From Nitrososphaerota archaeon (GTDB lineage Archaea > Thermoproteota > Nitrososphaeria_A > Caldarchaeales > Caldarchaeaceae), in the NCBI GenBank assembly GCA_041641305.1, contig JBEPYN010000001.1, positions 320,001-384,000 on the forward strand: a stretch of DNA of 64,000 nucleotides. The letters are read 5' to 3'. Numbering within the stretch: the first letter of the stretch is position 1; every line of letters starts with the position of its first letter. The notes beneath the pieces were generated by a model, which worked only from the letters and a program-made list of their open reading frames with translations, did no database searches and had not been told where the DNA came from. Made by a program: the position numbers and the translations under genes. Below are positions 1 through 9,476 of this stretch, in pieces.

Positions 1-48
1 TGTTTTCCCAGAACCGGGCAAAGCCGTGACTATAACCCTCACAGCCAA
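1..48 (-). CDS. P-loop kinase, probably archaeal adenylate kinase (5' end only; runs off the window edge)
   Basis: Not in the ORF track. Reverse strand from TTG at 48 (or GTG at 42) reads (M)AVRVIVTALPGSGKT, a beta-strand plus P-loop as at the N-terminus of archaeal nucleoside monophosphate kinases. Confidence 0.6.
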   Translation of the reverse strand, partial: MAVRVIVTALPGSGKT

Positions 49-74
49 TCAAAGAAACTTCGCGCTAAAAATAT

Positions 75-914
75 CTAACCTCCACGGAGCTCCAGCTGTC
101 TCTCGAGCTTCTGCTTGAGCGATAGGTATTCGCTTTGCTTGAGTTCGCCTATTTTGTACCGCAGCTCCAGCTTGCTCAGCTCCTTCTTTATTTTCTGATG
201 CTGTTCCATCAAAACCTCGAGAGCCTTCTGAGCCGATTGAACATCCTCCTCAAACATGTTTATGAATTCCTGAGGCATTCCGAGTTCGCGTCCACTTGTT
301 TTGACCTTCTGCAGCCTCTCCTCAAGCTGGGCCTTGAATGTCGGCAGGTCGGCTAGCCTAATGTTGAACGGGTTGCGGAGATACATCAGCTTGGGCTTCA
401 ATCTCCCCATCTCCCTCTCTATCTCGAGCTTCTGAGTTATGTATTGCCTGTCAGGTATCTCTCCGACCTCGTGCTTCACCTTGAGCTTCTCGAGAGTAGA
501 GTTAAGGGAGTTGATGCGCTCCTCAACCTTCGCTATCTCAGCCATTCTTCTCTCATCAAGGGTCTTAAGCCTTGAGCGGTATTCGTTGAAAAGCTCTTGG
601 AAAACGTCTGGCTCAGCCTCGCGTTCGAGAAAGAGGTCGATGAGCCTAAAGTACCATAGATAGACCGTGGACATCTGGTCCACGAGCCTCTTCTCCTCAA
701 CAGCCACCTCCTCTCCAGCCGGTGGCTGAACAGTCTGTTGTTCAGCGGACTCCACGGGTGTCTCCGGCTGCTGCTCGACAACCTCCTCTGCCTCCTCCAC
801 TATGGGCTTAGGTGTCTCCGTCGGCTGCTCCAATGTATAGCCGCAGTAGATGCAGAACTTGCCTTTTATGGTGAGCCTGTGACAATTTGGACACTCAATT
901 CTTGTGGTCGCCAA
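75..914 (-). CDS. Zn-ribbon protein with duplicated CdvA-like coiled-coil domain
   Basis: N-terminal CPNC...CIYC, acidic Pro/Glu linker, and two repeats of the CdvA-type motif (LKVKHEVGEIPDRQY, LELRYKIGELKQSEY) in long coiled coils; ends LELRGG*. Confidence 0.6.
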   Translation of the reverse strand: MATTRIECPNCHRLTIKGKFCIYCGYTLEQPTETPKPIVEEAEEVVEQQPETPVESAEQQTVQPPAGEEVAVEEKRLVDQMSTVYLWYFRLIDLFLEREAEPDVFQELFNEYRSRLKTLDERRMAEIAKVEERINSLNSTLEKLKVKHEVGEIPDRQYITQKLEIEREMGRLKPKLMYLRNPFNIRLADLPTFKAQLEERLQKVKTSGRELGMPQEFINMFEEDVQSAQKALEVLMEQHQKIKKELSKLELRYKIGELKQSEYLSLKQKLERQLELRGG

Positions 915-1085
915 ACCGGTTACGCCTCTTTCCGTTACTTAAAAAGAATTACTAATAGCTTTTAAACCCATATTTGGCCATTAATACGCTATGACATCAC
1001 CACGTAAAGACCTTAGAATTCAAAGGTGACCGCTGTTTTTCATGAAAATGTAAGAGTTTTATGTAAGCAGTACATGGGTATGGCG

Positions 1086-1325
1086 ATGTCCGAGAAAGAA
1101 GCCGATATTCCGTCGGCGCCCATTCACCGCATAATGAAGAGAGCCGGAGCCGCGAGGGTGAGTGAAGACGCGGCCGATGAACTTCGCAAAATTTTGGAAA
1201 ACGTCGGAGCCATGATAGCGAAAGAAGCCTTTGAACTCGCCCAATACGCTGGACGACGCACTGTGAAGAAGGAGGATGTTGAAAGAGCTGCTAAAACGGT
1301 TTTGCGCAATCTTCCAACTGGATAG
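1086..1325 (+). CDS. archaeal histone (HMfA/HMfB family)
   Basis: IPSAPIHRIMKRAGAARVSEDA...AGRRTVKKEDV aligns without gaps to HMfB. Start placed at ATG 1086 (1074 and 1080 also possible). Confidence 0.95.
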   Translation: MSEKEADIPSAPIHRIMKRAGAARVSEDAADELRKILENVGAMIAKEAFELAQYAGRRTVKKEDVERAAKTVLRNLPTG

Positions 1326-1371
1326 CTTTAAATTATTCCGAACATTCGTCAGCGATAGGGGTTGATGTAGA

Positions 1372-3000
1372 ATGTCTCTAGCACCAGGTCAGCCAGTTAT
1401 AATTCTGAAGGAGGGCACGACACGGACGCAGGGCAGGTCTGCTCAGCGCAACAACATAGCCGCTGCCAAGATAATCGCCGAGATAGTGCGGACGACGCTG
1501 GGTCCGAAGGGCATGGACAAACTTTTGGTGGACAACATCGGCGACGTCATCGTAACAAACGACGGCGCTACCATCCTTGAGAAAATCGACGTCGAACATC
1601 CCGCCGCCAAGATGATTATTGAGGTGGCCAAGTCCCAAGACCACGTGGTCGGCGACGGAACCACCACGGCCGTCATCCTAGCGGGCGAACTGTTGAGAAA
1701 GGCCGAGGAATTGATTGAGCAGAGGATTCACGCAAGCACCATAATCTCTGGCTACAAAAAAGCCCTCGACAAAGCCCTAGAGGTCATAAACGAGAACTCC
1801 GTCAAAGTAGACCTCAACGACAGAGCCACCCTCAAGAAAGTAATAACGACAGCTCTCGGAAGCAAGTCTCTCGGCTTCGCCCTAGACAGGCTTGTCGACA
1901 TAGCCGTAGACTCTGTTCTCAGCGTCGTGAAAGAAGTTAACGGTAAGAAGAGGGCTGATAAGGACGATATACAGATTGTTAAGAAAATTGGCAAAAGCCT
2001 CGGCGAGACCGAGCTGATTCGCGGCGTTGTGGTGGATAAGGAGGTTGTTCATGCCGCTATGCCCAAGCGTGTCGAGAACGCGCGTATAGCTCTCATCGAC
2101 AGCCCGTTCGAGATTGAGAAAACTGAGTTCAGCGCCGAAATCCGCATAAGGGACCCGCTGAAGATAAAGGAGTTCCTCGACGAAGAAACCAACATCCTCA
2201 AGGGGATGGTTGACAAGGTGAAGGCCGTCGGCGCGAACGTGGTCTTCTGCCAGAAAGGTATCGACGACGCGGCTCAGTTCTTCCTCGCCAAGGAAGGCAT
2301 CCTCGCGGTTAGGCGTGTCAAGAAGAGTGATATGGAGAAGCTTGCCAAAGCGACGGGAGGAAGAGTTGTAACCAACTTCGAAGACCTTTCACCGAAGGAC
2401 CTCGGACGAGCTGGACTCGTCGAGGAGAGGAAGATAGGGGAGGATCGCATGGTCTTTGTCGAAAAATGCGAGAACCCCAAAGCCGTCGCCGTGCTGTTGA
2501 GAGCTGGGCTTGAGAGACAGCTCGACGAGGCGGAAAGAGCGTTGAACGACGCAATAATGAACATGATTGACCTCGTCGACGACCCACGTATCGTGCCGGG
2601 CGGAGGAGCGATAGAGGAGGAGATTGCGAGGCAGCTGAGACAAACAGCGGGGAAGCTGTCGGGCAAAGAGCAGCTCGCCTACCTTGCATTCGCTGAAGCT
2701 GTTGAAGCCATTCCAAGAACCCTAGCAGAAAACGCTGGCCTCGAGCCTGTGGAGATAATGGCTCAGATCCGTCACGCACATGAAAACGGACAGAAGACAG
2801 TGGGCGTCAACATCTTCGGAGGAGGCGTCGTCGACATGCTGGCCAAAGGTGTAATAGAGCCGGCGAAGGTCAAGCTCCACGCTCTCCGCTCAAGCTTCGA
2901 AGCAGCCTCGATGATACTGAGAATAGACGATGTCGTAGCAGCCTCCAAGAAGAAGGAGGAAAAGAAGAAGGAAGGCGAGTCCGAGACACCTGAATTCTAA
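1372..3000 (+). CDS. ths: thermosome subunit (group II chaperonin)
   Basis: [25 protein letters not shown] and VPGGGA motifs; 542 aa. Confidence 0.98.
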   Translation: MSLAPGQPVIILKEGTTRTQGRSAQRNNIAAAKIIAEIVRTTLGPKGMDKLLVDNIGDVIVTNDGATILEKIDVEHPAAKMIIEVAKSQDHVVGDGTTTAVILAGELLRKAEELIEQRIHASTIISGYKKALDKALEVINENSVKVDLNDRATLKKVITTALGSKSLGFALDRLVDIAVDSVLSVVKEVNGKKRADKDDIQIVKKIGKSLGETELIRGVVVDKEVVHAAMPKRVENARIALIDSPFEIEKTEFSAEIRIRDPLKIKEFLDEETNILKGMVDKVKAVGANVVFCQKGIDDAAQFFLAKEGILAVRRVKKSDMEKLAKATGGRVVTNFEDLSPKDLGRAGLVEERKIGEDRMVFVEKCENPKAVAVLLRAGLERQLDEAERALNDAIMNMIDLVDDPRIVPGGGAIEEEIARQLRQTAGKLSGKEQLAYLAFAEAVEAIPRTLAENAGLEPVEIMAQIRHAHENGQKTVGVNIFGGGVVDMLAKGVIEPAKVKLHALRSSFEAASMILRIDDVVAASKKKEEKKKEGESETPEF

Positions 3001-3058
3001 ACCCATTTTTGGTAAACCTCCTAAAGTTTTTTAGAATCATACATTTTCTTTTCACGTT

Positions 3059-3439
3059 ATGAACACCCGTATGCTTTTAGGTGCGTTGATAGGTGTTGGT
3101 GTGCTGGTGCAGATAGCTATTGGCGAGTCTGGGCTGGCTGCAGGCTCTTTACAGCTTGTCCACGCGGTCATCGGGATTCTCGGCATATTTGTGGTAGGGG
3201 CCTATCTTGCTACCGGGAGTGTTACCAGAGTCGTGACCGTTCTAACGGCTGTGGTGCTGTTGGTCACGGTGGCCCAAGTGGTGATGGGAATGGGTCTTAT
3301 TCGATGGGTTGACCTCGGAATAGGATTTCGAGCGCTTGAGGAAAGCCACCGTGGAACAGCCTACATCCTCTTCATCCTCGGGCTGGTTGTAAGCGTTGTC
3401 GCAGCCGTTCAGAGACGAAGGGCGGCGAGAAAATCCTAA
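3059..3439 (+). CDS. small 4-TM membrane protein
   Basis: Four hydrophobic segments, His residues in or near helices, basic C-terminus. Confidence 0.75.
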   Translation: MNTRMLLGALIGVGVLVQIAIGESGLAAGSLQLVHAVIGILGIFVVGAYLATGSVTRVVTVLTAVVLLVTVAQVVMGMGLIRWVDLGIGFRALEESHRGTAYILFILGLVVSVVAAVQRRRAARKS

Positions 3440-3482
3440 ACATCAGCCGCTTGTTTAAATTCCGCCACAACCTTTTACCTAC

Positions 3483-4688
3483 ATGGTTTTTCCCTTCTCC
3501 TCTGTATTCGATTTCGGGGTGGAGATGAAGGAGGAGTATGAGATTTTCCGCAAGTCCGTCAGAGCCTTTGCCGAGAAGGAGATAGAGCCGCTGGTTAAGG
3601 AGATTGAGCGGAGTAACACGATTCCGCCGGGTCTTTTGAAGAAAGCCGCGGAGCAGGGCTACCTTGGCCTCGGCATACCCGAAACCTATGATGGACAGGG
3701 CACGGACATGATGTACTCCACCTTGTTCGTCGAAGAGGTTTCGAGAATATGCCCCGCGTTCACAGTCGCCACACTGGTCGGCGTGCTCTTCACCTATCCC
3801 GTCATGGTTTATGGCACCGAGGAGCAGAAACGCAAATATCTTCCACCGATTGCCCGTGGCGAAAAATTCGCGGCACATGCCACCACTGAGCCGGGAGCAG
3901 GCACCGACGTGGCCGGAATTGAGACCACGGCTAAACGGAAAAACGGAGGCTGGGAAATCAACGGCCGAAAATACTTCATATCGGGAGCCGACAAGGCAGA
4001 GTATTTCATCGTCCTTGCGAGAACTTCTCCGCCTCCCAGCAGAAAAGAACGGCACAAGGGCCTCAGCTTCTTCATCGTGGAACGCGGCACGCCCGGTTTC
4101 CGCGTAGGCGAAAAAATCGAGGTGATAGGCATCAGGGGAAGCCATCCATGCGAAGTCATACTCGACAACGTCTACGTGCCGGAGGAGAACATGGTGGGTG
4201 AGGAGGGGCAGGGATTCAAAATCGCCATGGACACCTACGACCACGGCAGAATAGGTGTGGCTGCTCAGGCGGTTGGGGTTGCACAAGCCTGTCTCGAAAA
4301 AGTGTTGCAGTATTCGCTTCAGCGGAGGGTGTTTGAGAGACCATTGATATACTTCCAAGCGGTGCAGTTCCATGTCAGCGAGATGCTAACCATGCTCGAG
4401 GGCGCCAGGCTGATGCTCTACTGGGCGACCACCCTCGCCAACAAGAATAGGCCCGAGGCGGTGATGGCTGCTTCGATGGCCAAACTCTACGCCACAGAAG
4501 TCGCTGAAAAGGCCGCGCTAAAGGCGATAACAGTTCATGGAGGCGTCGGAGTAGCCGTAGACGGCATGGTTGAAAGATTTCTAAGGGATTCGCAGGTCTT
4601 CAAAATCTACGAAGGCGCCAACGATATCCAGAAACTTGTAATTCTCCGCCAGATGATGAAGACTGCTTTCGGAATGGATGTCGACTAA
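3483..4688 (+). CDS. acyl-CoA dehydrogenase
   Basis: TEPGAGTD, INGRKYFIS, GEEGQGFKIAM and KIYEGAND motifs. Confidence 0.95.
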   Translation: MVFPFSSVFDFGVEMKEEYEIFRKSVRAFAEKEIEPLVKEIERSNTIPPGLLKKAAEQGYLGLGIPETYDGQGTDMMYSTLFVEEVSRICPAFTVATLVGVLFTYPVMVYGTEEQKRKYLPPIARGEKFAAHATTEPGAGTDVAGIETTAKRKNGGWEINGRKYFISGADKAEYFIVLARTSPPPSRKERHKGLSFFIVERGTPGFRVGEKIEVIGIRGSHPCEVILDNVYVPEENMVGEEGQGFKIAMDTYDHGRIGVAAQAVGVAQACLEKVLQYSLQRRVFERPLIYFQAVQFHVSEMLTMLEGARLMLYWATTLANKNRPEAVMAASMAKLYATEVAEKAALKAITVHGGVGVAVDGMVERFLRDSQVFKIYEGANDIQKLVILRQMMKTAFGMDVD

Positions 4689-4730
4689 TCTCGTATGAGA
4701 TAGGCTTTTAAAAAGCCGGGTAAAGTTAGA

Positions 4731-5312
4731 TTGCTGGTCGAGATGCGGGCTTATCTACGGTTAGCCGCCGCCGCGGCACTGTCATTCGCCGTAGCCTTCA
4801 TCCTAACCTATTTTGAAAACAGTTATCTTAACCCTCTTCAGCCAGCTTTGCTATCTATTTTGTTGATAGCCTCGGCAGCTGGTTTCGTGGCGAGGGCCTC
4901 ATCTCTCTCGGCTCTGGCGGCGGCTGTCGGTGGTTTGGGCGCGTTTGCTGTGTCCCAGTTTCTCGGCTTCTCTCTCTGGAGCCCCTCACAGCTTGAGTCG
5001 GACTTGCTCGTGTCGCGGCTGCTTCTTATAGGCGGTGCAGTTGTTCTCGCCGGGTTGATGGGGTTCGTCACAGGTAATGTTTTCGCACCGAAGCCAGCTG
5101 AGAGACCTGTTCAACCCACGCCAACCCCGTTACAAGTGGAGCAAAATCCCGCACCATTACAGCAGACGCAAGAAACTGTCCAGCAGGTTATGAAAATCTG
5201 TAAGTTTTGCTCGAGTGTGATACCGGGGGAGTCACGGTTCTGCCCCATGTGCGGGGCCAAGCTTATCGAGACCGGTGAAGAATCGGGTGAAAATGTCGAG
5301 GCAGGGGCTTGA
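4731..5312 (+). CDS. membrane protein with C-terminal zinc ribbon
   Basis: Four TM segments, Pro/Gln linker, CKFC...FCPMCG. Start may be ATG 4743. Confidence 0.8.
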   Translation: MLVEMRAYLRLAAAAALSFAVAFILTYFENSYLNPLQPALLSILLIASAAGFVARASSLSALAAAVGGLGAFAVSQFLGFSLWSPSQLESDLLVSRLLLIGGAVVLAGLMGFVTGNVFAPKPAERPVQPTPTPLQVEQNPAPLQQTQETVQQVMKICKFCSSVIPGESRFCPMCGAKLIETGEESGENVEAGA

Positions 5313-8142
5313 GGTTCTCAACAGCGTGGTAAAGGTTTTACGGGACGCTGTGTTGGAGAGGTTTAGCGACCTCACTCCTCCCCAGATGCAGGCGATTCCA
5401 CATATTTTGAACCGTGAGAACATTCTCTTGATGGCTCCGACAGGCACCGGGAAAACGGAGGCCGCCCTCATCCCCCTAATCAATAACCTGCTGCTGTCCT
5501 CTTCTTTCGAGGGTGTGAAAATCCTCTACATAACACCTCTAAGGGCCCTCAACCGTGACCTGCTCGACAGAATAGATTGGTGGGCGAGCCGCTTCGATAT
5601 GACCGTTGGCGTTAGACACGGCGACACAGGGCAGCGGGAGAGAAGAGCCCAGACCCTCTCACCACCCACCATCCTCATAACTACACCCGAGACACTACAG
5701 ATACTCTTGACAGCCCGTACACTGAGGCAGCATCTGCAACGGGTTGAGGCTGTTGTCGTAGACGAGGTGCATGAACTCGCAGGAGACAAACGAGGCAGCC
5801 AACTCTCCCTCGCCTTGGAGAGGCTTGTGGAGATAACTGGGAGAGATTTTCAGCGTATAGGGTTGTCGGCCACCGTTGGCACACCTGAAAAAATCGCACA
5901 GTTCCTCGTAGGACATGGGAGAAGCTGCGCCATAGTGCGAGTTCCCCTGTCCAAGTCTCTCCAGCTCTCGGTTGAGTATCCCGACCCTGACGAAAACGAT
6001 TACGAGCTTGCTGAGAATCTCTCGATTCATCCCGATGTGGCTGCGAGGCTCAGCCTAATCAGAAGACTCGTCGACCAACACGAGTCCACACTCGTCTTCA
6101 CAAACACAAGGCCGCTATCAGAGATTTTGACCAACAGGTTCAGGGCATGGGACGAGGCCGCACCCATAGGAATACATCACGGGAGCCTCGCCAAATCAAC
6201 CCGCATAGGCGCGGAACAAGCCTTGAAGACTGGTGGCCTCTCGGGAGTCGTCTGCACATCCTCCCTCGAGATGGGTATCGACGTGGGCCGCATAGAGCTC
6301 TGTATACAGTACAATTCCCCACGGGAGGTGACGCGGCTCGTCCAACGTGTGGGCAGAAGCGGCCACACCGTCTCAGGCACGGCAAAAGGGGTTATAATCG
6401 TCACGGACTCGGACGATGCCTTGGAGAGCCTCGCAATCACAAGAAGAGCTTACAGCGACTTGATAGAGGATGTCCTTGTTTTTGAGAATAGTTATGACGT
6501 GGCGGCGCATCAGCTTGCGGGGCTGCTTATTGAACGGAAACGTGTCAAGCTGGAGGATGTTCTCAAGATTTTCCAACGCTCCTACTGCTACAGAAACTTC
6601 ACCATGGAACAGCTCGTGAAAACTGCTCAGCATCTCGAGAAGCTTGGAGCAGCCGTCCTCACATCGGACAACTTTCTCGAAACACCTCCGAAAACAAACA
6701 TCCTCTACGAATACTACTTCAACAACCTCACCATGATACCCGAGGAGAAACAATATCTGGTGGTTAACGAGTCAACAGGCGAAGCCGTAGGCATACTTGA
6801 TGAAGAGTTTGTAGCGGAATATGGTGAACCCGGGACACGCTTCATTTTGATGGGGAAGGCGTGGGAAATCATTCAGACAGGCGGTGAACGGATTTACGTG
6901 GCTCCACTTGACAGCCTCGAGGGGGCCGTGCCCTCATGGGTTGGTGAGGAGATCCCTGTCCCATATGAGGTGGCTCAAGAGGTTGGAGCAATCAGGAGAA
7001 CATACGCGGAAGCATTGACGAGGGGTGAGGAAGAAAAGGTTCTCGAGATGCTTGCCCAACAATACCGCACCACCACAACGCTGTTGAAGAAGTCTCTGCG
7101 TGAGGTAAAGATGCATCATGAACAGGGGTTACCTGTTCCCTCCGACAGATTGGTTATGCTCGAGGAGACACCCGATTACGTCGTGTTGCATGTCTGCGGC
7201 GGCCTCAAGGTCAACAGAACCCTCGCCCGCACAATCGCCTACCAAGTCTCAACGGAGCTGGGCGCAGCTGTCACCGTCCAGCAAGACGCTTACAGAATCG
7301 TCTACAAATCACGTGAAATAACCGCCGAAGCTGTGCTCAACGCGGTGAAAACCCTTGCCGAGGAGCAGAGCTGGAGGCAAAGCTTCAGCAAAGCCGTCGA
7401 GTCTTCGAGCCTGTTTAGACGGAGACTCGTGCATGTCGCCCGCAAGATGGGGATGATTGCTAAGGATGCGAGCCTCCTAGACATCGATACGGCCAAGCTT
7501 GCGGAGGTTTTGAAGGACACGGTCACATACATGGAGGCGCTTCAGCACTGTTTCTTAGCAGATTACGAGCCTGAAAAAGCCTACAACCTGTTGAGAGGCA
7601 TGGTCTCCGGAGAGCTGGAGCTGAGGGTTGTTAGGCTTCTCGAGCCCTCTCCGCTGACCAGTTTAACCGTTAGAAGATATGCCAGCGACATTGACGTGAT
7701 TGCGTCGGAGCGGTTGCATAGGCTTGTTGTCAACGCTGTCCGTGGGAGGCTTAACAACGAGCCTGTCACACTCGTTTGCACCGTGTGCTGGAACTGGGTT
7801 GGGCGGAGTTTGGTTAGGGAGCTCGAGCAGTGGCCTAAATGCCAGTCCTGCGGCTCAAATCGCCTTGGAGTGTTGAGAGAGGAGCTTGAGGCTGTGATGA
7901 ACCTTGTCTCGAGGAAGGGTAAGCCTGTAAACAGGGTTGAGAGACAGATGCGGCGGAGGGCCCTTGAGACATCGAAGCTGGTCGAAAAATATGGGAAAGC
8001 AGCTGTCTTCACACTCGCAAGCAAATATGTCGACGTTGAGGCAGCCGCAGCTATTCTTGAAAAAGAGAGCTCTGTCGGTGTCAGACTTGTGGAGCTGATT
8101 GTTGATGCTGAGAAACAGCGTATTCAGAGTATGTTTAGGTGA
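5293..8142 (+). CDS. lhr: Lhr-family SF2 DEAD/DEAH helicase
   Basis: APTGTGKT, ITPLRALNRD, DEVH, LSAT, HHGSL, TSSLEMGID and QRVGRSGH motifs; C-terminal CxxC..CxxC. Confidence 0.95.
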   Translation: MSRQGLEVLNSVVKVLRDAVLERFSDLTPPQMQAIPHILNRENILLMAPTGTGKTEAALIPLINNLLLSSSFEGVKILYITPLRALNRDLLDRIDWWASRFDMTVGVRHGDTGQRERRAQTLSPPTILITTPETLQILLTARTLRQHLQRVEAVVVDEVHELAGDKRGSQLSLALERLVEITGRDFQRIGLSATVGTPEKIAQFLVGHGRSCAIVRVPLSKSLQLSVEYPDPDENDYELAENLSIHPDVAARLSLIRRLVDQHESTLVFTNTRPLSEILTNRFRAWDEAAPIGIHHGSLAKSTRIGAEQALKTGGLSGVVCTSSLEMGIDVGRIELCIQYNSPREVTRLVQRVGRSGHTVSGTAKGVIIVTDSDDALESLAITRRAYSDLIEDVLVFENSYDVAAHQLAGLLIERKRVKLEDVLKIFQRSYCYRNFTMEQLVKTAQHLEKLGAAVLTSDNFLETPPKTNILYEYYFNNLTMIPEEKQYLVVNESTGEAVGILDEEFVAEYGEPGTRFILMGKAWEIIQTGGERIYVAPLDSLEGAVPSWVGEEIPVPYEVAQEVGAIRRTYAEALTRGEEEKVLEMLAQQYRTTTTLLKKSLREVKMHHEQGLPVPSDRLVMLEETPDYVVLHVCGGLKVNRTLARTIAYQVSTELGAAVTVQQDAYRIVYKSREITAEAVLNAVKTLAEEQSWRQSFSKAVESSSLFRRRLVHVARKMGMIAKDASLLDIDTAKLAEVLKDTVTYMEALQHCFLADYEPEKAYNLLRGMVSGELELRVVRLLEPSPLTSLTVRRYASDIDVIASERLHRLVVNAVRGRLNNEPVTLVCTVCWNWVGRSLVRELEQWPKCQSCGSNRLGVLREELEAVMNLVSRKGKPVNRVERQMRRRALETSKLVEKYGKAAVFTLASKYVDVEAAAAILEKESSVGVRLVELIVDAEKQRIQSMFR

Positions 8143-8728
8143 TTTGCTGGTCTCCTTGTGTCTGGAGGTCTGTCAACGCCTTGAGCAACTGTTTTTGGTC
8201 AACCTCGGCAACGGCCCTCCAACCCACCGAGAGTAAACCATCTCCCGCGTCCACGAGATAACCTCTCCGCACAAACTTTTCCAGAGCCGATTCAATTCTC
8301 CACTTCGGCATCTTAGCCTCAAGCATCTCCATCACATCTTTCCGGGGAGCCTTCCCACCTCTTGAGAAAAGCATCGCCAAGGCAGCGGCCAAGACGGCCA
8401 GTTCATCAACACGCCACCCAGCGGCGACGACATCCGAAAGCGTCAAAGGCTCCGCCAGAGTGATGAAGTACCGTGCCCGGTCATAGTCTTCCTCCCCCGG
8501 ATTGTCGACAGCGGTTTCGAACAAAATCTTCACACGCAGCCCCATCGGCTCAAGCCTATGGTTAAGGCTCTCGATGACTTTGAGATAGTTTTTGCCCAAC
8601 CTCCGCCGTAGCTCATAGCCACGTACACCAGGTAGCCTATGGCTTGTGAAGAGCAGCATACCCATGGCTGTTTGTAGGCGTTTTCTAGCGGTGGACTGCT
8701 CAGGCTTCTGTTCAGACAACGAGCTCAT
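8135..8728 (-). CDS. KITE-family tandem winged-helix protein (ScpB/Nse1-like)
   Basis: Two winged-helix-like units (MLLFTSHRLPGVRGYELRRRLG...LNHRLEPMGL; ELAVLA...IESALEKFVRRGYL). Third gene of the SMC-kleisin operon and overlaps the kleisin stop. Confidence 0.7.
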   Translation of the reverse strand: MSSLSEQKPEQSTARKRLQTAMGMLLFTSHRLPGVRGYELRRRLGKNYLKVIESLNHRLEPMGLRVKILFETAVDNPGEEDYDRARYFITLAEPLTLSDVVAAGWRVDELAVLAAALAMLFSRGGKAPRKDVMEMLEAKMPKWRIESALEKFVRRGYLVDAGDGLLSVGWRAVAEVDQKQLLKALTDLQTQGDQQIT

Positions 8729-9476
8729 CTCCCTTGACCGTGACAACCATCGAGGCTACGCTGCTTCTCTTCACTTTCTCCACGTGAGGTATGAGATGTA
8801 TCTCGCCTGTTAAGGGGTTCTTTTTCAGGTCGGCGTAACCCTCGCTGACCACAAAAGCCGTCAGAAAAGCTCTCTCAACAACCTTAGACGGGCCCTCAGC
8901 GTTGACGAACTTTAGATAATCCACACGTCCCTCGGCATCCCTCGCCGCCAACAATTCCTCCCGAATCCGATTAATATCTTCCTCAAGCATCTCATGTTGT
9001 GAAAAAGTCTGAGGAAGATTATCAAATCCGGGGCTCTCCGTCTCAGGGGTTTCGCCCCTTGTTTTCTCTCTACGTGTGGGTAGGCTTAGGAAATGCTCCA
9101 GCCCCATGTTAAGCATGTACATGGTGAGCTGCTCGGTGTAGAGTATGGGTCTCCAGCTGGATACAAAGGCGGCTGCGAGAGATTTCTTGTCAGAGGAGGC
9201 TATTTTGAGGGCGATTACTTGGCTGTCAAGGAACAGCGAGTTCGTTCTGTCTTTGAGCCATTTGTGCTGAAGAGCAACGACAACAGCTATCCTGTAAAGC
9301 GTCTCAGCGTCGAGGACCAGAACCTCCGTGTTACGAGATTTCTCCAGAATGTTTCGCAGCTTGTTGAGCATAGCTTTGATGTCGAGGTTGTACGGGTCCG
9401 TGCCCGACTTGACCACAGCCTCACACAAGGCAATAACCCTCTCCAGCTCCTCCCTAGCCACCTTGACGCTCGTCAC
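8712..9476 (-). CDS. kleisin (ScpA/Nse4-like)
   Basis: N-terminal DPYNLDI resembles ScpA DPWDIDI; C-terminal winged helix VDYLKFV...FLTAFVVSEGYADL...GEIHL. GTG start at 9476 follows a GGAGGTGG RBS. Confidence 0.75.
   Translation of the reverse strand: MTSVKVAREELERVIALCEAVVKSGTDPYNLDIKAMLNKLRNILEKSRNTEVLVLDAETLYRIAVVVALQHKWLKDRTNSLFLDSQVIALKIASSDKKSLAAAFVSSWRPILYTEQLTMYMLNMGLEHFLSLPTRREKTRGETPETESPGFDNLPQTFSQHEMLEEDINRIREELLAARDAEGRVDYLKFVNAEGPSKVVERAFLTAFVVSEGYADLKKNPLTGEIHLIPHVEKVKRSSVASMVVTVKGDELVV

Noticed and set aside
9454-9476. The SMC protein also ends in di-glycine (ERQGG*)
   Set aside because: These codons overlap the start of the kleisin gene in another frame, so the tail is probably a by-product of the overlap.
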